Positions 1-7,299 of a stretch of 20,570 nucleotides of DNA are shown in pieces. The DNA lies in NCBI RefSeq assembly GCF_006345805.1, contig NW_021823930.1, positions 1-20,570 of the forward strand, read 5' to 3'. Under the pieces are notes generated by a model. It was not told the DNA's origin, made no database searches, and saw only the letters and a program-made list of their open reading frames with translations. Made by a program: the position numbers and the translations under genes. The first letter of the stretch is position 1, and every line of letters begins with the position of its first letter. Source of the stretch: Octopus sinensis. Taxonomy: Eukaryota.

Positions 1-210
1 TTATATATGTATGCGTGTTTGGGTGTCTGTGTTTGTCCCCTAGCATTGCTTGACAACCAATAGAATAAGTACTGGGCTTACAGAGACCGATAGAATAAGT
101 ACTGGGCTTACAAAAGAATAAGTCCCGGGGTCGAGTTGCTCGATTAAAGGCGGTGCTCCAGCATGGCCGCAGTCAAATGACTGAAACAAGTAAAAGAGTA
201 AAAAAAGAGT
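1..210 (+). mobile_element. SINE family A, 3' half (cut by window edge), with internal duplication/replacement
   Basis: Aligns by eye to the full-length copies at 17655 and 18909: (TG) tract, GTTTGTCCCC, ATAGAATAAGTACT, GGGGTCGA, then the tail GGCGGTGCTCCAGCATGGCCGCAGTCAAATGACTGAAACAAG and (AAAGAGT)-like repeats. Confidence 0.9.
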
Positions 211-559
211 ATATATACAGACACATGCCTCTACACTCGCTTCTGAATATGCCAAAATGCTTTCAAGCAGTTAGAGATTTTAATGCAAATTTTCTGCAGG
301 TCATTCGAATAATAATTCCGGTTCAATGCCGTCTGCGCATATTTCAGTCTGTGATTCTTCAAAATGTCTCTTCAGAAATGTATATTATTCTATATTCAGG
401 ATTTTGCTTTCCACTTCCTTTCTTCGTTTTTTTTCTTTTCTTTCAACTTTTTTTCATTTTGCTGGTAATGGCCAAATATTTCACATCATCATCGTCATCT
501 TAATCATCATTCCGTTGGACCTTACTCGTCTTCGAGTTCTAAAAGCCGTCTGGTTGATA

Positions 560-780
560 AACTGATTTCTATGACAGAAGTGACCGAGATTACAACGCTC
601 CCCATGAACGGGAGGTCAGTCTATCGCAGGGTTATTTATTTACAGCTGAGTGGACTGGGGCAACGTGAAATGAAGTGTTTTTTTGCTCAAGAACACAACG
701 CGTCGCCCGGTCCGGGAATCGAAACCAAAATCTCGTGATCGTGCCTACAACATCCTAACCCCCAGGCCACGCACCTTCAC
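560..780 (-). mobile_element. SINE family B (tRNA-derived head, V-SINE-like central motif)
   Basis: Minus strand reads GTGAAGGTGCGTGGCCTGGGGGTTAGG (A-box-like), GGTTTCGATTCC (B-box-like), GTGTTCTTGAGCAA, CCAGTCCACTCAGCTGTAAAT, CCCTGCGATAGACTGACCTCCC (610-631). The head is homologous to 18441-18557. The V-domain resemblance is from memory. Confidence 0.75.
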
Positions 781-904
781 TCAAATACTTTACCACCGGT
801 GCTGAAATATCCTTGCGTCGTTGCATTGATTTCTTCATCGGAACGCCGATATTCCGAAGATTTTCTTGTTTGTAACTATCACCAATGCAAAATACACATC
901 TACC

Positions 905-960
905 GAATTGTTAAGGAGTTCGCGTTGCAGTCACGATGCTCCGGGTTCGACCCCACAACG
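905..960 (+). mobile_element. Isolated tRNA-like SINE head fragment
   Basis: GTTAAGGAGTTCGCG...CCGGGTTCGACCCC, with a good B box at 944-954. No cloverleaf acceptor stem and no SINE body follow. Confidence 0.45.
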
Positions 961-1429
961 TATCACCTTGTAAAATTCCCGTTATCATGACGTCAGATCG
1001 TCTATTCATTTTTTCAAATATGTAGATATACGCAGCATTATACATTAGTAAATTTATAGTGTTATAAATCGATTACAACGTGTCTTATCGATTGGTTTCG
1101 TACTGGCGAGTATCTACTAACTGTCCGTTAGATCTGACAGGCTTGGAAAAAAAATGGTCCTGATGAAGAGAGATTTTAAAGATAATTCTCTTCTGGGCTA
1201 GTCATAGCTTGCACTTTCTTATTCTGTTAATGGTTAAGTCTAGCACTTGTCCAGGAGGCTCCACTCGATGTAATCTTTGATGCTCTCTTTCTATGACCAT
1301 ACATGCCTCGTTAGTGCTGTAACATAAACCTATCTCCTACACGTTTGAAGAGGACTTACGGTTGGTAAATCAGCTCCTGAAAGGGCATTTTATCGCACTC
1401 ACATCCCTTACGCTGATTGGCTGCTGAGG

Positions 1430-1770
1430 TCTTTATCGTCTATTCTACCTCACATGCGATGACCGTTAATTTCTTTAAACAAACCAACAGCGTTTCTCAA
1501 ACAATGGGTGGGAAAACAAACACGAACAAAATGTTAGGCACACACGCACACGCACACACCACACCACACGTGTGTGTGTGTGTGTGTTTGCGTGTGCGTG
1601 TGTGTGTGTATACGATGAGCTAGGACACAGTTTCCGGCTACCGAATTCACTCACAAGCTATTGGTTGGCCCGGACGGAGCCACAGAAGACGCTTGCCCAA
1701 GGTGCTGCTGAGCAGTGGAATACAACCCGAAATTTCGCGGTCGCAAATCGAGTTTCTTATACGCATCGAA
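1430..1770 (-). mobile_element. SINE family A, old diverged copy
   Basis: Reverse complement gives CACCTTGGGCAAGCGTCTTCTG...GGGCCAACCAATAGCTTGTGAGTGAATTCGGTAGCCGGAAACTG, an internal CA/TG tract, and degraded GTTTGT...CCC and GTTGGTTTGTTTA segments, in family-A order. Confidence 0.75.
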
Positions 1771-2225
1771 TGATACCTAATCGCCGAAATACCAACAAAA
1801 ATTGCAAGGGGCAACAAACGAGACGGTACAAGCCAACACTGACAGTATGTATGTGTATATGAGTGTATATAAATTTGTATGTATGTCTGTGTGTGCGCGT
1901 GTGTATATTCATGTGTGTGTGAGAGAGTCTGTCGTGTGAGTAATGTAATGAAAGTACGTAAGAAGCTAAAAGTTATTATCTTTAAATTCTTCTTATTTTC
2001 CAATGTTAGGTTTTCTCCTTAGACTTCGCCGCTGTATTCTAACTATGTTCCCTCTTCTAATGTATTTGTCATTACTGGAATTGGTTTCGAAGGTTCATTA
2101 AGGGTTCCTTGTCTTTTTTTCTCCTTCGATGCTTCTCTTGTGATATGGCAACGTGGCGTTTCTCATTATGGAACATTCCAGTTATTAAGTCTTTGCCTCT
2201 TTCCATAAGCCGCGCCAACTAGGTT

Positions 2226-2513
2226 ATGTATCATGTGTATGCTTGCGTGGGTGTGGGTGGTGGAGCTATATAAATATACATACATACATGCATACATATA
2301 TACATACCTATATATGTATACACATATATATATGTGTGGGTGTATACATACTCATATATGTACATACACACATATATATACGCATACATACAAACACACA
2401 TATACACACGCACACACAAATATATATATATATATATTTACGTATATATACATATATACATATATGAATAATATATATGTATGCATGCATGTATGCATAT
2501 ATATTTGTATATC

Positions 2514-2544
<31 letters not shown>

Positions 2545-2700
2545 GTACAAGCTTATATATGAATATATACATACATATATGTATGTATGCTGTATACATA
2601 TGAGTATTTCTATATATATATACGTATATATATATATTTATATATTTCTCTATAGACACACACACACACACACTTATGCGTAACATACATATTTACACAT
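2226..2700. repeat. Compound (TA)/(CA)/(TACA) microsatellite
   Basis: Direct inspection. Confidence 0.95.
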
Positions 2701-3109
2701 GTGTTTAAACCCTTCAGGCTACAAAAGAAAGACGGAGTGATTAAAATTCACAGGTTACAAATATAGAAAAATTGGAAAAACACAAACGGTGTTGCTTTTC
2801 TTATTGTTTTGTATATTATTCTTTTGTATTTTGTTTTATTGTTATCGTTGTTGTTCGTATATGATGTTTTTAATCTTCAGTTCCCCCCCCCGCCACCACC
2901 GCACCCCATCGCCGCTCCATTTTGTTGTCGTGGTAAATGGTTTTGATGTTAGAGGAACGGCACCTCACTAGGTGGCCAGTGTTGTTTAAAAATTGATATC
3001 TCAGAGCTTCAGGTGCTGAATGTAGACGAGAGAACAATCTTACTCGCGCACATAACACACCACTTAAGCTGCTCAACAAAATCATTAACATAACCAAATA
3101 ACAACACAC

Positions 3110-3235
3110 AACTCTCTCTCTCTCTATCTCTCTCTCTCACACATACACACTCTCTCTCTCACTCACTTTCTCTCTCTTTTCTCTCGTCTCTATTTTCTCT
3201 CTCACACACACACACAAAAATATAGACATTTACAC
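3110..3235. repeat. (CT)n/(CA)n microsatellite
   Basis: Direct inspection. Confidence 0.95.
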
Positions 3236-3278
3236 ACTTTCTCCCTCGCTCGGTCCAGCTTGCTATCTATTTTTCTAC

Positions 3279-3592
3279 GCATGTATGTATGTATGTATAA
3301 ATGTATGTATGTATGTATGTATGTATGTATATGTATGTATGTATGTCTGTATGTATGTATGTATGTATGTATATGTATGTATGCATGTATGTATGTATGT
3401 ATGTATGTATATGTATATGTATGTATATGTATGTATGTATCTATCTATCTATCAATCTATGTATCTGTCTATTTATCTGTCTATCTGTCTATCTGTGTGT
3501 GTGTCTGTCTGTCTGTCTGTATATCTATCTGCCTGTCTATCTGTCTGTGTGTCTATCTATTTCTCAGTCTATCAATACATCTATCTATTTCT
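3279..3592. repeat. Tetranucleotide array (ATGT)n grading into (ATCT)n/(GTCT)n
   Basis: Direct inspection. Confidence 0.95.
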
Positions 3593-3669
3593 CTAGCCAT
3601 TTAGCTCTTGACACGAGAATATAAAATCGGGTATCAAAAAGAGCTTTGAAAGATGTTTTTAACCGATGG

Positions 3670-3858
3670 AGGATGAGTAGTGCATAACAGAATTGGGCAA
3701 AATACCTGGTATTATTTCCTAAAACATCTTTACCGTTTGAGCTTTCTTTGATTATTTTTTGGATCGGCAAAATAAATTCCAGATCAAATCCTGTGGTCGA
3801 AGATATCGACTACCCCCTCCCTTCAAAACTGTAGGTCTTATCCCTAAATTTGAAACCG
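3670..3858 (+). mobile_element. SINE family C, diverged copy
   Basis: TTTGGATCGGCAAAATAAATTCCAG...CCTGTGGTCGAAGATATCGACTACCCCCTCCCTTCAAAACTGTAGGTCTTATCCCTAAATTTGAAACC parallels the 3' half of 18618-18842. Confidence 0.6.
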
Positions 3859-3867
3859 TATATTCTC

Positions 3868-4200
3868 GGGTTGAATGGTTAAGAAGCTCACATAACAACG
3901 GCGCTGTTTTCTGCCGAATTTCGGGCAAGTATCTTCTGCTTTAGCCTCACGCCGATCAGTGCCTTCTGAGTTAATTTGATAAACGGAAACTGTATCGAGG
4001 CCCACCGTGTAAATAAATATATCAGCTTTGTGTTTGTATTTGTCCCCCACCACCGCGTTGATTTATTTATTTCCCCGTAACTTAGCAGTTCGGCGAAAAT
4101 GAGTTCGTTAAAATAAACATCTGACCCAAAATAAGTACGGAGTCGATTTCAAGGTGGTGCCTCAAAATTGCCGCCCTCCAGGGATTGAAACAAGGAAAAC
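3868..4200 (+). mobile_element. SINE family A, diverged near-full-length copy
   Basis: TGGTTAAGAAGCTC head, TCGGGCAAGTATCTTCTGCTTTAGCC, AACGGAAACTG, TTTGTCCCCCACCACC, CCCCGTAACTTAGCAGTTCGGC, AAGGTGGTGCC...TTGAAACAAG in the expected order. Confidence 0.75.
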
Positions 4201-4834
4201 ATTTTTTTAAAGTGCAAGAATATGATTCGCTTGGGAAGACTGGGGTTCGTTGGTTAGGGTTCGTGCAGTGCTTCTAGGTGATTGTACGGTAGATTGGCGG
4301 TAGAATGCAGGAATGTGAGATGCTTTGTAAGGAAACGAAGTTCCTGTGTCTGCTGAATGTCTGTCTTGAAGATAAGGATGTTGTTCTCATTGAAATTATT
4401 CTCTTCTCTGTGGTGCACGGGGAACAGAATTGAAGACCTGGTGTGTGTACATGATGCAATATGGAAAACACACACACACACATGTATATGTATGAACAAA
4501 CATAAACGTGTGTGTGTATTAATATATATATATAAAAGGCAGGATATGTGTGTGTGTACGTGAATGTAATTTATGCACGTCCACAAATTAACATGCATGC
4601 CGCCCCAATTTTAGGAGGACATTCGTCATGATCCTAGCTGTATTTTTGTCAACTTATTTTTCCCAGAGGTACCAGCGAATAGCAGTAAAAATAAAATTTC
4701 AACCAAAAACGAGTAAGTTTTTGTTATGACTTTCGTTGCTTTTGTTGTTTTTTTTTCCATCGAGGAAAAAAGTGGGGGTTTCTTTTCGTTTGTTATACGG
4801 GCAACACACACACACACACACACACACACAGATT

Positions 4835-5640
4835 TACAGATTCAATGTGTTGAGCTGGAATATAAGCGAAGTAAGGGAGATGGCAGGAAAAGTCGTAAGC
4901 TGCGGACTTGCTATAAGATGCACCACCCAAAGGCAGACGCAGATCGTCTTTACCTACCCACATTTGAAATTTCTTACAGAACCACCACGACTGGACTGGC
5001 AAAATATATTGAAACATCTAACGACTAGATGCTAAAGCTCGTTAAAAACCATAAAAGATGTAAAAAGCTTCAGTCTGTTATGAAGGAGAGCAAATAATTT
5101 TCAAGTGAGTTTATGCATAACATCCAGGCTGAACAGCATGATGGAAGTGCGGCAAATGTAGTTGCAAAAGAAGGTGAAATCAATAGCAAAGCAAAATGCG
5201 TTTGAACAATTGGCTGATAGGTAGGAACAAAAACCTCTGCATGGCAAATATGTGCCCCGTAGCAAACAAGCTGATGTAGACCAAAACCACACCCATCAGT
5301 GTCTACGAAGCTCAGGGCTAAAGGCAGAGAGTGAAGGCTTTATCTTGGCTGCCCAAGATGAGAGCTTGTTGACCCAGAACTATCAAGCCAATGTGATGAA
5401 AAATGGTGTAGACCAAAGGGCCGATACTGCAACGACGAGATTGAAACAGTGGATCACATTGTCTCTGCGTGTAAGGTTTTAGCACCTGTAGAGTATAAGT
5501 CAAGACATGACAGAGTTGGTCAACATTGGATAATGTGTTGACATTATAAAATCAAAACTGCTGACAAATGGTACAAGCACCACCCTGAAGCTGTAACTGA
5601 GGAAGAAAATGTAACTATTCTTTGGGGCTTCCCAGTATGT
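4835..5640 (+). pseudogene. Decayed R4/Dong-clade non-LTR retrotransposon fragment (RT thumb, CCHC knuckle, start of RLE domain)
   Basis: Across frameshifts and stops: FNVLSWNISEVREM, RKLRTCYKMHHPKADADRLYLP, KPLHGKY, GLKAESEGFILAAQDESLLTQNY, RYCNDEIETVDHIVSACKVLAPVEYKSRHDRV, WYKHHPEAVTEEENVTILWGF. These are characteristic R4-clade C-terminal motifs. The first knuckle Cys is mutated and the fragment stops before the PD..D catalytic motif. Confidence 0.85.
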
Positions 5641-5882
5641 ACAAACCGCATATGTATACACATATATATATGATGGGCCTTCTTTTATGTTGGGGCAGAG
5701 GCTTGAGAAAAACCTATTAATGAATGAATCGACATAAATTTTCCTTGTAAGCCGGTACTTATATATATATATATATTATATATATATATATATTATATTA
5801 TATATATATTATATATAAAGAATAAAAATTGTGTACGAAGAGTAAAAATGTATATGAAAAATAATGTATAAAATGTAATGCG

Positions 5883-6257
5883 AACCACATAGCCTCCTTC
5901 CGTTGCTATTATGTTAAACTGTCGTATGTCCAAATTTGACCAAATGCATTTTTTTCAATTTTTTTAAATTTTTTTGTAACAGCAATTATGCAAAAGTTTA
6001 GTAAGTCCCAAAAGTTGTTTTTTCAGAAAACGAAAAAAATAGTTTCACCATTCAATTTCTTTTTATATCAGCAAAATCGTCGTACTACATTTTGACGATC
6101 TTCATGTCTTGACATCTGAAGCACCACGAGATACGATAATTTGACGAAAAGAACCGGCTATTACAAGCAAAAATTTTCTAAAATTGAAAACTGCATTTGG
6201 CCAAACTTGGACATACGACAGTTTAACATGATAGCAATGGAAAGAGGCTATGTGGTT
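5883..6257. mobile_element. MITE-like non-autonomous DNA transposon with long terminal inverted repeats
   Basis: 5883-5948 and 6192-6257 are inverted repeats at 61/66 identity (hand count). Similarity continues with indels to about 5983/6157. The interior is AT-rich and non-coding; no TSD was identified. Confidence 0.7.
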
Positions 6258-6479
6258 GTCATAACGCTTTATACATTATTTTTCATATACATTTTTACTC
6301 TTCGTACACAATTTACATTTAATTTCATACATTATTTACATTTACATCAAGTCTCCTGGGTTCGTTTTCCGGTTAGAAGTAAGGATTTTCTATATTCTAC
6401 CATATTTTCATGTTTTTGTCACGTTTTCTCACGTCCTACGCCATATCTAAAGTTCTTAGTTCAGCACGAAGCGTGGTCT

Positions 6480-6531
6480 GCGCCTGAAGAACGTGTTTGG
6501 ATTTTCAGACACGTGAAACTATTAGGAGCGC
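6480..6531 (+). ncRNA. Type I hammerhead ribozyme motif, one core substitution (U16.1>G)
   Basis: GCGC | CUGAAGA | ACGUGUUUG-GAUUUU-CAGACACGU (9 bp stem II) | GAAAC-UAUUA-GGA | GCGC. All core elements are present except GGA in place of the GUH triplet. Confidence 0.75.
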
Positions 6532-6637
6532 CCGAAGAGATGTATTGTGACCCTTAAACACCATGTTTTACTCCTGCCAGATGAGTGATCTCTTTCTTGC
6601 ATTATGCCAAGGATCAAAACATTAGATATACATACAT

Positions 6638-6675
<38 letters not shown>

Positions 6676-6784
6676 TATTAATATATATATAAAAATATTA
6701 TTAGAGACAAAACCACTATTTTGCAAAACAAACAAGGAAGACTTAATCAATACATAAAATTTTAATAAATAGTCAAAAAAAACG

Positions 6785-6827
6785 CCACTACAATTGTTTC
6801 TTGTCTTGATCGACAATCTTCAGGTGG
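6785..6827 (-). ncRNA. Minimal type I hammerhead ribozyme, complete core
   Basis: Minus strand: CCAC | CUGAAGA | UUGUC-GAUCAA-GACAA | GAAAC-AAUU-GUA | GUGG. 4 bp stem I, 5 bp stem II, 2 bp stem III with palindromic AAUU loop. Predicted cut after GUA, between 6789 and 6788. The only oddity is U10.1-A11.1 instead of R-Y. Confidence 0.85.
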
Positions 6828-6883
6828 ACTTCAATAAGTCAGTTTCAAATTATACTTCATAATTTAAACTGACTTATTGAATT

Positions 6884-6923
6884 CCACCTGAGATTGTCGA
6901 TCAACAAGAAACAATTGTAGTGG
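6884..6923 (+). ncRNA. Mirror copy of the 6785-6827 hammerhead, damaged
   Basis: CCAC | CUGA-GA | UUGUC-GAUCAA--CAA | GAAAC-AAUU-GUA | GUGG: 1 nt missing from the core and 2 nt missing from stem II. Confidence 0.7.
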
Positions 6924-7095
6924 CGGTTTTTTTACTATTTATTAAAATTTTATGTATTATTAAGTCTTTCCTTGTTTGTTTTGCAAATAGTGGTTTTTGT
7001 CTCTAATAATATTTTATAATATTTTACTATAAAATTGGATTTAATCCTAATCTGATTTTTTCCCTGGTAAATTTTGGATTTAATAAAATCCCTAA

Positions 7096-7134
<39 letters not shown>

Positions 7135-7299
7135 AACTTTTTAATACGTTTTGAATAGTTATATATATTTAATATATAAAAAAAAATAATTAATTAATTA
7201 AAAATTAAAAAATAAAAAATAAAAATTTATAAATATAAATTAATAATTTTAATTTAAATTTAAATAATTTAAATTTTTAAATTTTATATTTATATATTT

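Larger units (their letters stand above)
6688..7018. repeat. Near-perfect palindrome, ~165 bp arms, 5 nt loop (ACTTC, 6854-6858)
   Basis: The arms are reverse complements with about 11 differences by hand count, mostly 1-nt indels. Each arm reads outward as short leader, hammerhead, AT-rich tail, (TA)n. Confidence 0.95.

Noticed and set aside
60-112. 23-nt direct repeat with a 7-nt spacer, superficially CRISPR-like
   Set aside because: Only two units, the spacer is too short, it lies inside a SINE, and the context is eukaryotic.
335-378. Minus-strand CTGAAGA...GAAA
   Set aside because: Stem II does not pair, and there is no stem III or cleavage triplet.
153-565. 116 aa and 79 aa plus-strand ORFs with a hydrophobic F-rich stretch
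   Set aside because: The first starts inside a SINE tail, and the apparent membrane segment is a T-rich low-complexity tract.
1160-1195. CTGATGA followed by an AAGAGA/TCTCTT hairpin
   Set aside because: No GAAA after the stem and no NUH/stem I, so it is not a hammerhead as written.
2964-2978. CTCF-like motif TCACTAGGTGGCCA
   Set aside because: A single imperfect 14-mer is expected by chance in 20 kb, and there is no supporting context.
2231-3624. Many 60-115 aa ORFs (YIYI, VCMY, HTHT repeats)
   Set aside because: These are translations of stop-free microsatellites. The same applies to the ORFs at 10675-11411, 12281-12756, 13096-13525, 14051-14404 and 19469-19717.
6141-6557. 138 aa ORF, one of the longest on the plus strand
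   Set aside because: It spans a MITE arm, an AT-rich tract and a hammerhead motif, has no recognisable domain, and starts at TTG.
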